From Octopus sinensis (taxonomy: Eukaryota), in the NCBI RefSeq assembly GCF_006345805.1, contig NC_043012.1, positions 868,001-932,000 of the forward strand: a stretch of DNA of 64,000 bases, in the 5' to 3' direction. A program made the position numbers and the translations under genes. The notes beneath the pieces are model-generated. The model saw only the letters and a program-made list of their open reading frames with translations. It was not told the DNA's origin and made no database searches. Of this stretch, positions 39,828 through 52,150 are shown one piece after another. Positions within the stretch are counted from its first letter, which is position 1; every line of letters begins with the position of its first letter.

Positions 39828-40030
39828 CTCTTTTCGCTCTTTTGCTTGTTTTAGTCATTTGACTGCGGCCATGCCGGAGCACCACCTTTAGTCGAGCAAA
39901 TCGACTGCAGGACTTATTCTTTGTAAGCCTAGTACTTATTGTATCGGTGTCTTTTGCCAAACCCCTAAGTTACGGGGACGTAAACACACTTGCATCGGTT
40001 ATCAAGCAATGTTAGGGGGACAAACACAGG
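39828..40030 (-). mobile_element. SINE family A, tail half
   Basis: Reverse match to the 9260-9483 tail. Confidence 0.85.
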
Positions 40031-40081
40031 CATACGAACATATACACACACGTACATATATATATGCGTGTATATATATAT

Positions 40082-40139
<58 letters not shown>

Positions 40140-40470
40140 TGTATATATATATGTACATATATATATATATATAAAAATAATAGCGATTAAGTGTTACGGT
40201 GGGGGTAACCCCTAAGGTATGAAGTAGAAGTGTGTAGAAAGAGGGGAACCAAGAATGTGGGTGGGTAGATGTTGTATGGGAGAGTAAGGGATTGTCATAA
40301 ATGGACAATGCTGAAGTGGGTGAATAATTACAAAGAGCGAAGGTAAGGAAGAGTAGGTAACAACTGTAAAAATTGGCAAGGTTGATGTGTGACCCAATAA
40401 TGCATGAATTGGCAGTAAGGAGAGATAATATAGTCTCATAGATATAACATGGTTGATAAATATTCAAAGT

Positions 40471-40504
<34 letters not shown>

Positions 40505-40806
40505 TGGTATATCTTATGGAACTGATATATTCTGGTTGATAGATGTGCTGAGTCCTGAAAGATATATATGTGGCATAGATTAGAGATATACCAATGTCCA
40601 TACATATGACTGACCAATGGATGTTACATGGTCTATATCTCCCTCTCTCTCCCCATCCCCTTCTCTCTCTCTATGTATATATATATACATAACACGTCAT
40701 ATATACAATATAGTCTATGGATATGACAAGACCCATCAATCAAAATGGTCTATAAATGTGATATAATATATAAGTATGAATGGAATATAAGCATAATATG
40801 GCAAAT

Positions 40807-40856
<50 letters not shown>

Positions 40857-41096
40857 TATCATCAACATCATCATCGTCGTCATCGACATTGCCACCTCCG
40901 TCATCATCATCATTATTGCTTTAACATCCATTTTTCCTGGTCCAAACATAATTAGTTCAGGCAGATATTTTTCCGTGGCTGGATGTCCTTGCATGTTTCT
41001 AAATAAGCTAATATTTCCCTATGAGTAGACAACGACACACACACACAGATAGATAGACAGACAGACAGATAGATATAAATATATACATGCATATGC

Positions 41097-41129
<33 letters not shown>

Positions 41130-41144
41130 TATAGGTATATAAAG

Positions 41145-41335
41145 TTAATCCAAACAAGAAAACACAAAACACAACAACGCGAGGACGTGGAACGAATATA
41201 GTATTATTGGATGCTCAGGAAAGAAGGAGGGTTTAATGTTTCGAGCGGAGCTCTTCGTCGGGGAAACATAGGAGAAGGAAAGATCCAGAGAAGGGAAGAC
41301 AGAGGAAAAAAAATCGCCTACAGTACACACGAGGT
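41145..41335 (-). mobile_element. Penelope-type terminal repeat family P1 with hammerhead-like motif (41231-41267)
   Basis: Minus strand GUUUCC-CCGACGA-A-GAGC-UCC-GCUC-GAA-ACAU-U-AAAC; homologous to 59210-59403. Confidence 0.65.
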
Positions 41336-41376
<41 letters not shown>

Positions 41377-41378
41377 GG

Positions 41379-41411
<33 letters not shown>

Positions 41412-41927
41412 GTATATATATATATGTACGTATGTATATGTATATGTATGTATTATATAAATAAAAAATAATGACATTATTATTAATATATAATGATAAT
41501 ATAGATGGCTAGTTAGCAAAAAGACCGTCAGGCTAATGCATTAATAAGGGTACTAGATAGCACCAGTTTTGCTAGAAATAGGAGTCAAAATCAACTCAGC
41601 CACAAGTACTGAAAGCTAACATATATGTATATACAGGGTGATTCAAAAGTCTCCATACATAGGAAAAATTTATTTTTTTATAAGAAACAGTTTCTAAGAT
41701 CCCCTAGATCCCCTGATCTGATGACTCTTGATTTCTATCTTTGGGGGGCATTTGAAAGGCATGGTGTATCGCGGAAAGATGAAAGACATAAATCATTTGA
41801 AGGAACGCATTGTTATTATGAGTTCACAACAAGTTGGGTAAACGTATTGCAATGTGTATTCAAAACAATGATAACCTTATAGAATCTTACTATTTTTAAA
41901 TCATACAATCTTTACTACCATATAGAG

Positions 41928-42248
41928 CAGTGGTTTTCAACCAGGGTTCTGCAGAACCTTAGGGTTCCGCCAGTACAGTCCAGGGGTTCCGCAAGAAGTT
42001 ACAAAACTGCTAAAATCAGCAGTAATTTTTAATTCTCCTGTGCAGATATACTCTCTTTTTTCTCTTTTACTTGTTTCAGTCACTTGACTGCGGCCATGCT
42101 GGAGCACCGCCTTTAGTCGAGCAAATCGACCCTGGGACTTATTCTTTGTAAGCCCAGTACTTATTCTATCAGTCTCTTTTGCCGAACTGCTAAGTAACAT
42201 GGACATAGACACACCAGCATTGGTTGTCAAGCAATGCTAGGGGGACAA

Positions 42249-42300
<52 letters not shown>

Positions 42301-42564
42301 GACTGGCTTCTTTCAGTTTCTGTCTACCAAATCCACTCACAAGGCTTTGGTCGGCCCAAGGCTATAGTAGAAGACACTTGCCCAAGGTGCCACGCAGTGG
42401 GACTGAACCCGGTACCATGTGGTTGGTAAACAAGCTACTTACCACACAGCCACTCCTGCGCCTATATGTGTGCATAAAATTATTAAATTATTGCACAGGG
42501 GTTCCTCGAGCCAGTGGAATGTTTCCTTGGGGTTCCGCTCCAGCAAAAAGTTTGAAAAGCACTG
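41928..42564. mobile_element. hAT MITE (same family as 17300) interrupted by a SINE
   Basis: Termini CAGTGGTTTTCAA / TTGAAAAGCACTG; flanks ATATAGAG / ATATAGAA (7 of 8). Confidence 0.88.
42051..42462 (-). mobile_element. SINE family A, full length, nested in the hAT MITE
   Basis: Ends CAGCCACTCCTGCGCC; the empty site is visible in the 17300 copy (CAGATATGTGTGC). Confidence 0.92.
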
Positions 42565-43827
42565 ATATAGAAGAGCCTGTTAGATAAAAAAAAAAAGCTG
42601 TTCTTATAAACTGTTCCTTATAAAAAAGATAAAATGTTCCTATGTATGGTGACTTTTGAATCATCCTGTATGTATATGTATGTGTGTGTGTATATATATG
42701 TGTGTGTATATGTGCGTGTGTATATGTGTGTGTGTGTGTGCATGCAAGTGAGAAAACTGCACCGGAATGGTCATGTGATGCATATATGCATGAGGAAAGC
42801 TGCATAAAGGAGTGCTGATCAGGAACTGTAGAGGGAACCTGTGGAAGAGGTAGACCCTGGAAGGTATGGGATGAGGTGAGGAAGTATGATGCTTGGATGA
42901 GGTGAGGAAGTATGATGGAGGTGAAGACGATTGACTGAGACCCATTTGCAATTTGCTGTGCTTGAGGAACCATGTCAAGTTCAGTGAAATCAAGGTCGCG
43001 ACCAGTGTTGATGGCATGTAAACGGCACCTGTGCCAGCGACACCAAAGAGGTACGCATGATGATGATGATGATGATGATGATGTTGTTGTTGATAACGAT
43101 GACAATGATGATGAGGATATATATACACACACACACATATGCACACACATATGCACACACACATATAGACACACACACACACATATACACACACACGCAC
43201 ACACACACACACACATATGCACACACATATGCACACACATATGCACACACACATATAGACACACACACACACACACACATATACCACACACACACACACA
43301 CACACACACATATGTATTAGGAGAGAGTGAAAGAGAATGTGAGAAAGAGATGGTGGTCAGGCAGGAAACAAAGAAAGTTGATGATGATGATGGTGATGAT
43401 GAAGATGAAGATGAAGAGGAGGCGGAGGATTTTTTTCATACCAGTCTAATTGTTGGTTACGACGGTTCTTTCACTTGTGTTCGTTAGCAATAGATAGCTA
43501 ATTACTCAGGGTTCGATAATCGGAAACCACCACCGACAACTTCAGTCCATTATGCCAGTGGAAACTTGGATACAGAGAGTTGATTACAGGTTTTATATAT
43601 TGGCAGGTGTATACAGTCATGTGATATTCATCATCCCCCCACCACACACACACACAAAGCATACATCACTGTCACTCTTATCATTATCATCATCTCAATA
43701 ATGCAGCATCAGTTAGGACCGCATGCTCAGAACTCCCATCAAGCATCATTGCCACTACTTCCATTTGTCATTGTACTCAGAATGCCTATCTTTGTTGCTA
43801 GACACACGCATCATTAGGGACAAGGGG

Positions 43828-44417
43828 GTAGAATCGTTAGCACGCAGGGCGAAATGCTTAGCGGTATTTCGTCTGCCACTACATTCTCAGTTCAAATTCC
43901 GCCGAGGTCGACTTTACCTTTCATGCTTTCGGGGTCGATTAAATAAGTACCAGTTATACACTGGGGACGATATAATCGACCTAATCCGTTTGTCTGTCCT
44001 TGTTTGTCCTCTCTGTATGTGGCCCCTTGTGGGTAGTAAAGAAATAGGTATTTCGTCTGCTGCTACGTTCTGAGTTCAAATTCCGCTGAGGTCGACTTTA
44101 CCTTTCATCCTTTCGGGGTCGATTAAATAAGTACCAGTTATACACTGGGGACGATATAATCGACCTAATCTGTTTGTCTGTCCTTGTTTGTCCCTTCTCT
44201 GTGCAGCTCCTTGTGAGCAGTAAAGAAATAAGAAACGTTAGCATGCCAGGTGAAATACTTAGCGGTATTTTCATGTCTTTACGTTCTTAGATCAAATTCC
44301 ACTGAGGTCGACATTGCCTTTTATCCTTTCAGGGTCGATAAATTAAGTAGTAGTTGCATACTCGGATCGATCTAATCAACTGGCTTCCTCCCTCAAAATT
44401 TCAGGCCATATGCGTAG
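43828..44417 (+). mobile_element. SINE family B, trimeric arrangement
   Basis: Junctions near 44046 and 44232; third unit has the 4835-type tail. Confidence 0.85.
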
Positions 44418-45167
44418 GGTTTTACAAAGTCTGAGTACAAATCCTACCTCAACCATTTAATTACCTTTTATGACATGCTGAGGAAACGTTGGGTCTAGTC
44501 TTTGACATATTGGTCCCCACACAGCGCCTTTCAAGATACACTGTGAATAAAGATTCAGTTACTTATTTCTTGATGCTTCTTCATCTATGCCCTAAATGAA
44601 AATAATTATATCATCCATCGACCATTTTTCTTTTTCTTTTTGTTGTTTACTTTCTGTATATAGAATTCTTGTATAACTTTTAAATTTTCCACATGTTAAA
44701 TGTATGGAAAATACATATCATAAATATACATGTCTATACCTTCAAACACACATCTGCGCACACACACACACACACACACAAACACAAACACAGACACACA
44801 GTTCCAAGGAGCTATAAGGTGATATGCAAGCCCTCAATTCAGTGTGTACTACATCTTACAGAAGAAATGTCTGTAAGCTAATGAAGTCACGTTCTCTTGT
44901 CATTTCATATAATATATATATATACATATATACCACACACATATATATATTTACTTATCTATTTATTTATATTTAGTTGCAGCAACAGAGTGACTCATGG
45001 TCCAAGTGCTTTGTGCGTTAAGTGCCAATGCACAAAACTCTCAGACACTGAGTCACTCTCAATATTAAACGAAATATACATATACTCATGTTTTGAGTTC
45101 TATCTTTTCCTGTTTACATTAACACGCCTACATACATATGTATATATGAATGTAACGACCTCCACAT

Positions 45168-45602
45168 AAACCAAAAAAGAGGTATAAGGACTTGCTGAAG
45201 GCTTCCTTAAGAGACGCTTACATCTCTCCTGACACATGGGAAGGCATAGCTATTGATCGTAGCAGGTGGAGAAGGATTGTGCATGAGGGGACAGCCACTT
45301 TTGAGAAAGCTCGAGTTGCACATGAGAAAGTAAGGAGGGGTGTCAGGAAGGGCATCGCTGTTACACTTCCAGAGTGGAAGGGTCTTCCTATGATGCTGAC
45401 ATGCAGTGTCTGTGCAAGACCCTGCCTCAGTAAAGCTGGACTCAAGAGTCATCTTCGTAGTCATAAAGCAAGACAGATGAGTGGCAACCTGGCCACTGGT
45501 GGTGGTGTTACACATCACACTAATCATATCTGTCGGGCATATGGAAGAGAGTGTAATTCGGCGAGAGGACTTAAATGACATGCAAAGGTACATGTGGGCT
45601 AA
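45168..45602 (+). mobile_element. RTE-clade LINE ORF C-terminus with two C2H2-like fingers, pseudogenised
   Basis: KPKKRYKDLLKASL...WEGIAIDRSRWRRIVHEG...CSVCARPCLSKAGLKSHLRSH...CRAYGRECNSARGLK*HAKVH. Confidence 0.85.
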
Positions 45603-46543
45603 TATTTCGTTCAGTAATTCAACAATATCATTTAATATGGTCAGGAGAATAGGTAGGATAGTATTGTCAGTTTGACTTTATACGTCAGAATGTTTCAGGG
45701 TATATGCATGAAAAATGATGAATCAATTGGATAAGTTTTGGGATGAGATCAAGAACCTGATACCATCTCTGAGGGCTGCTGTTTTTTATTCTTTATTCAA
45801 GAAAAAGATTCACATGTTATAACGTTTATCTCTAATTTTTCTCATAAGAACCCATTAATGTATTTTTTTATGAGTGAATCACAAACTCTCATTATTCATA
45901 AGAGAGTTTCATAAGGGAGTGTCTGTAATTTGGTGCAGAACAAATATCATTGAAAGAGAATAAGTGTTTTCTGGGATTTTTTTCATGTTTTCTTCAAAAC
46001 AAAATTGCATCATTCACTGACTCATACTGGCAAAACACACATGCACACACACACACACACAACACACACACACACACACTCACACATACACGTGTAATCA
46101 TAGACACATATGATATGTATAATTACATCATGAATATATATGTCATCATCATCACCATTTAATGTCCGTTTTCCAAGCTGATATGCATACATGTGTGTGT
46201 GTGTGTGTGTGTGTGTTGTGTGTGTGTGTGTGCTGTGCATATATATATACTGGTATATATATATATATATATTATATATATATATATAATATATATGCGT
46301 GTAAATATATATATGTATGTGTGTAAATATATATATGTATAATATGTATATATGTATGTATCTAGACAGAATAGTGGTACAAGGCACCAATGTTTACTGG
46401 AAATAGCAGTCGATAAGTTTACGATGATATAGTAAAGCTTCACTGTATATATACTGGCAAAGATATGTGCAGGCAACGAGCACAAAAGATATCGTCTTAC
46501 TTCTAGGAAGAACAATAGAAAAGTGGACAACCCAGTATCGGAT

Positions 46544-46618
46544 AATCTAGTACCTAGGACTTGGACTCTTCAAATACGCTTGCCATCGTAAATTTGATTA
46601 GTCTTCTTCAGCTAGATT
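46544..46618 (-). ncRNA. Degenerate hammerhead-like motif
   Basis: 7-bp stem I AAUCUAG/CUAGAUU, CUGAAGA-A, stem II GACU/AGUC, CCUAGG palindrome, GUA triplet; the GAAA box reads CAAG. Confidence 0.5.
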
Positions 46619-46693
46619 TGCCTGGACAATATTCCAAATGTTGCTACATCAATGCCTCTATACTCACCTGTGTGTATATATATATATATATAT

Positions 46694-46733
<40 letters not shown>

Positions 46734-46749
46734 TTATATATACTGACTG

Positions 46750-47017
46750 ACTGGCTTCTGTGCCGGTGGCGTGTAAAAAGCACCAACAGATCGTGTCCAT
46801 TGCCAGCCTCCTCTGGCACCTGTGCCAGTGGCATGTAAAAAGGACCCACTACACTCATGGAGTGGTTGGCGTTAGGAAGAGCATCCAACTGTAGAATCAC
46901 TGCCAGAACAGACTGGAGACTGGTGCAGCCTCCTGGCTTCCCAGACCCCAGTCAAATCGTCCAACCCATGCTAGCATGGAAAACGGATGTTAAATAATGA
47001 TGATGATGATGATGATA
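46750..47017 (+). mobile_element. SINE (GAT)n-type tail
   Basis: Homologous to 31325. Confidence 0.85.
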
Positions 47018-47183
47018 TATATATACATATGGAGGTTATGACAGGTAATGGTATCATAGACCCAAAGGTGTCAGGTAATGCTGAATGAGTGCTATAGATG
47101 GACTGCAGTTAAGTTCCAGGTTCGGTGATTATGCGAATAAGGGGGTTAACATTGGTCATATGTCAGCGTGTGTATATAAAAAT

Positions 47184-47471
47184 TTTTTATTTTGTAATGA
47201 GATAAAAAACTAAGGCTGTGTAGATTTTAGAACATTCATAGATAGAAGGTCTTACAGCTGTTTGCAAGATATTTATTGTATTCCCTCATCGGAGACGGCG
47301 TGAGAGGATGGTTAAGTAATAGTTAAATTAGATATAACCAACCTCTCACACTGTCTCCGATGAAGGGATATAATTAATAATCATCCTGGAAAGAGCTATA
47401 TGACCTTCTATCTATAAATGTTCTAAAGTCTACACAGCCTTGGTTTTTTTTATCTCATTACGAAAAAATAA
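47184..47471. mobile_element. ~290-bp foldback element with a decayed hammerhead-like motif in each arm
   Basis: Arms are imperfect reverse complements; minus 47249-47296 reads GUCU-CCGAUGA-GGGA..UCUUG-CAAACAGCUGU-A-AGAC; plus copy at 47353-47404. Confidence 0.7.
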
Positions 47472-47966
47472 TCTATATACATACACGCACACACACACAC
47501 ACATATATATATAATATATATATATATATGTATGTATGTATAATAATAACAATAATCCTTGGAGGGAATTTATAAATATTTAATTCATCTCTTCATGCGC
47601 TTCCACAAATAACATGTCCCTTAAGATCACAGTCTGTACTCCAGGAATGACTATAGTGTAGTCCACGGTATCCCAGGGGTTCACATCGTAACCATGCCAG
47701 GATCACAGATTGTGATCTTAAGAGACGTGATTTGTGGAAGCGTGCACAGTGATGCATTAAATGTTTATGAATTCCATCCATTATCATATATATCCCACAT
47801 TATATCAGTACAGCTTGATGTAACCCACAAAAAACTGGCTGACAAGTCAGCATCATTAGACTGTGGTGGGTATAATAGAATAGGAGCTTTATTTGTATAT
47901 TCAAAATGTTTCCCATCAAAATTCAAAAGATACTTCTATATATATATATGTATATGCATATATATA

Positions 47967-48007
<41 letters not shown>

Positions 48008-48019
48008 GATATAGGATAA

Positions 48020-48275
48020 AATTTTTTTCGAGAAAAAATTTTATCAATGGCCAGCATATCAAAAAATGCCTTTAAAGGTAAATTTATACATAATTTATAA
48101 GATAAGGGCAAAAGAAATTGGCCCAATACGGTAATAACGAATTTTTTAAAGATTTCTATCGGCTTGTTTCGAGACGCATAAATTTAATGGTTATCAACAA
48201 TTTTTTGTTTCGGCGTATCTGGCATTAGAATTTTTCTTTTGCCCTTATCTTATAAATTATATATATATATATATA
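48020..48275. mobile_element. AT-rich repeat with internal inverted repeat; second copy inverted at about 53160-53345
   Basis: ATAATTTATAAGATAAGGGCAAAAG and its reverse complement; TGGCCAGCATAT shared between the two loci. Confidence 0.65.
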
Positions 48276-48330
48276 TATAAAGAAACAAGTCAGGATAGAA
48301 AATGCTAAAATAATTTTATAAAGAACATTT

Positions 48331-48366
48331 CAGTACCGGTTTCAGTCATTGAGACCTTTTCAACTG
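48331..48366 (-). ncRNA. 36-nt minimal hammerhead-like motif with U3-A8 core variant
   Basis: CAG-UUGAAAA-GGUC-UCAAU-GACU-GAA-ACCGGU-A-CUG. Confidence 0.55.
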
Positions 48367-48752
48367 TAACAATTAAATAATTAAATTTAGAAAAATTAAA
48401 AGAAAAGTTTTTTTAAAAGAATATTTGTATAGAGTTCAAATACAAGTGGCATTTTCCTTGTTTCTGCCTTTCTCTGTCGCTCTCTATATATACATATTGT
48501 TTGTACGAGGACTTTCAGTTGAATATTTCTTGTACAGGAAACGTATAGTCTCCAGGAGAATCATCAGTACAGAATGTGCAATTTCAGGGCCTTATGCTTG
48601 ACAGGTCCACAGTACACCAACCCTTTCGCTGATGTGAGGACAAGCTTATTGGATACCAACACCAGTTGTCAAGTGGTGGCAGGGTATAAACAAGAAGACA
48701 CACACACACACATGGCGATCTTTCGAATAAAATCGCAATATACTCTGTACCA

Positions 48753-48817
48753 GCGCCCGGGGCGGATGGAACTCCCGAACCCTGGTTTACAAGACCAGCG
48801 CTCTAACCATTGATCTA
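48753..48817 (-). pseudogene. tRNA-Thr(UGU)-derived pseudogene or SINE head
   Basis: Perfect anticodon arm CUGGU-CU-UGU-AA-ACCAG; D and T arms carry mismatches; 5' acceptor strand is missing. Confidence 0.7.
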
Positions 48818-48959
48818 GCATTCAATTGGAATAAAGGAGCAAGTTGGCTGAATCATCAACATGCTAGACAAAATGCTTAGCAGCATTTCATCCGTCTTCG
48901 AGTTCTGGGGTCAACTCTTTGCCTTTCATCATTTTGTTGTTGTTTGTTCCTTCTCGATC

Positions 48960-49241
48960 CATACCTGGCTCATAAAGTCCGGTTTCCCAGTTTTATTGGC
49001 ATATAGGTTCCCCACCTGGATGGGATGCCGGTCCTTTGCAGGTGAGCTGCTCGTTGCAGGAGGAAAGAGTGAGAAAAAGTTGTAGCAGAAGAGTTAGCAG
49101 AAGTTCACCATTACCTTCTGCTGGAGCCATGTGGAGCTTAGGTGTTTCACTCATAAACACACACATCGCCTGGTCTGAGATTCGAACCTGCGATCCCTCA
49201 ACTGCAAGGCCACTGCTTGAACCACTAGGCCATGTGCCACC
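48960..49241 (-). mobile_element. SINE family C, diverged (another fragment at about 51205-51362)
   Basis: Homology to 20960-21140. Confidence 0.7.
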
Positions 49242-49705
49242 ACTTTCATCATTTTGGGATCAACAAAATAAGCCCCCAGTAGATCACTGAGGTTGAAGTA
49301 ATCGGATTACACACCTTCCATAAAATTGCTGACCTTGGGCCAAAATTTGAAACCAACAGTTAATTAGGGTTGGAGTTAATTAAACCGAGCTCTCCACATG
49401 ATAGGTATTTTATGTTATCAAATGACGAAGAAAAAATTTGTAGCCAGCTGGAGTTAAGTGCAAGTTGTGAAGAGACCGAATCAAATACTATAGGGTAGTC
49501 TGTTGGATGCTCAACCGAGTGAATCTTCCACTCCTCTTCATTGACTATAATAATAAGTCTGCTAAATCTGGAATAATAAGGTGATGGATATGATGAGACT
49601 TAATAATTACAACCAGAACAACAACTACATTCACAGATCTTTCAGTAGCTTCCTAGATTCCATTACTAAATTTGACTTTCAGTTAAAGATATATGTGTGT
49701 GTGTG

Positions 49706-49761
<56 letters not shown>

Positions 49762-50036
49762 TATATATAATATGTATATATGTAATAGTATATATATATA
49801 TATATGTATATGTATATATGTATATATATATATATAGACACACACACACACATATATATAACATATATGTAATATATAGGTATGTCTGTGTGCGTATGTG
49901 TGTATATATACATATACATATATATATATATAAATATATAATATATATATAAAATGATTTTTTGCATATAGATAATATACTCATGGCAGACATATATATC
50001 TATGTATATATCTATATCTATGTATCTATCTATCTA

Positions 50037-50070
<34 letters not shown>

Positions 50071-50639
50071 CACACACACATACACACACACACAAACACA
50101 CTTATATTTACACCCACATGCATCCTTCCCTTTATATCTCTCTATATCTATCATTATGTATATGTGTGTGTGTATAAGTATAGATGTGTTTTCATGTGTA
50201 TACATACATACATACACATACTTACATACATACATGCAACAATACATACATACACACATACATATGTACATATATATGTGTGTATATATGCACACTTTTT
50301 AATAATCCCACTAATGACCCTATATCTCCAGTAACTTGCTGTTTCATAATTAAGTACAAGTCTACCTTGTTTTCTTATTAACAATGGACAGTGGTGCCCT
50401 TGTCTTCAGCACGGCACTGTATCCATAGTAACCATGCATGCAGACCTCCACAGCCCACACTCTCTAAATGCACCCTATTACTACAATTTTGGGGGAAAAT
50501 CTAACTTTTGTTGCTTTCATTGTTGTTGTTGTTGTTGTTATAGTTCATATGTTGTTGCTGATGTTGCTGCTGAAGGTTTTATTGTGTTTTATTATTGTTG
50601 TTGTTGGTGGTAGTGGTGGTTGTAGTGCTGTTATTGTAT

Positions 50640-50725
50640 AGGTGGTTGTGGCTGTTAAAGTAGTAGTAGTAGTGGTGGTGGTGGTTGTGGTGGTGGTAGT
50701 GGTGGTGGTAGTGGTGGTGGTAGTG

Positions 50726-50773
<48 letters not shown>

Positions 50774-51013
50774 ATAGTAGTAGTAGTAGTAGTAGTGGCA
50801 GCAGGATTGGTGGTGGTGGTGGTTGTGGTGGTGATGCTAGTTTTTGTTATTAATGGTGGTTGTGGTGGTGGTAGTGTGACATGTATTTGTTGTTGTTGAC
50901 AATGATGATGATGTCAATGTTGTTGATCTTGATGCTGTTGCTCTTGCAGTTCTTCTTCTTCTTCTTCTTCTTCTTCTTCTTCTTCTTCTTCTTCTTTCTT
51001 CTTCTTCTTCTTC
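50640..51013. repeat. (GTA)/(GGT) and (CTT)n microsatellites
   Basis: Direct reading. Confidence 0.9.
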
Positions 51014-51869
51014 CAATCAGGAATTAGCCATGCAACAGACTGGGAAATGCATGGGTGCAAAAGCTACATTGTTATCCCCATTCCGTAAACAGTGGCTTTT
51101 AACGGGTGGAGAGCTGAAACCATCCTGGGGGTAACAGAGGATTCTCAATCTAGACTAGGGTCTGAAAGTTTTACCACACCAGAGTGGGTTGCATCATGGT
51201 TCCTCTACTTTGCAGCAGAAGTAGAAAGAAAGAGTGAGAGAAAGTTGTGGCAAAAGAGTACAGCGAGGTCCACCCTCCTCCCCACCGAAGCCTCGTAGAG
51301 CTTAGGTGTTTTTGCTCAATATTCACTCACAATGCCCGGTCTGGGAATCGAAACCGCCTCCACTTCTGCTGCTGTTGTCATCGTAATAGTTGTTGATGTT
51401 GTCATTATTGTTACTGTAATAATCCCATTGTTGTTGTCATCACTATTGCTAACTGTTGTTCTTCTTTTTAACTCTTGTGGCTTAACCCTTCCCCTTCAAC
51501 CTTAATCAAAGACCTTCCAGCCAGGACCATCCCATCGTTCCACATAAGATATAAGGCAGGCTTCCATATCTAATACATCTTCCATTTTCATTTCTCTTTG
51601 ACCAACATCTTGCTGAGTAATTTCAGACAGGTTTATAAGTGGCTGTGTGGTCAAGAAGTTTACTTCCTAACCAATTGGTTTTGAGTTCAGTCCCACTGTA
51701 TGGAACCTTAGCCAAGAGTCTTCAATATCAACCTTGAGTCAACCAAAACCTTTTGATGGATTTAGTTGATGGAAACTGTAAGAATCCTATTGATTATTCC
51801 ATCTTTGTCATCATCATTGTTACCAATATTTAACATCTGTGGCCTGGGTTTGAGGCTTCTATAAAACTG

Positions 51870-52150
51870 GCACTCTGTTGCATACAGTGATGAAGGTTTC
51901 AGTTGATCCAATCGACAGAACAACCTGCTCATGAAATTAACATGCAAGTGGCTGAGTATTCCACAAACGTGCATACCCTTAGAGTAGTTCTCAGGGTGAT
52001 TCAGCATGACACCATAATGTGACAAAGCTGACCCTTTGAATTACAAGTACAATTCATTTTCGCAAGCTGAGAAGACTGAAGCAACAGGAAATAAAGTGTC
52101 TTGCTCAAGGACACAACATGCAGCCAGGAATTGAACTCATGACCTTACAA
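51870..52150 (-). mobile_element. SINE head D with tail Y, diverged
   Basis: Reverse homology to 33640-33905. Confidence 0.75.

Larger units (their letters stand above)
41634..42668 (+). mobile_element. Non-autonomous Tc1/mariner-superfamily element hosting nested insertions
   Basis: TA-flanked ~60-bp TIRs CAGG(G/A)TGATTCAAAAGTC; remnant PRSPDLMTLDFYLWG / HLKGMVYRGKMKDINHLKERI across a frameshift. Confidence 0.85.
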
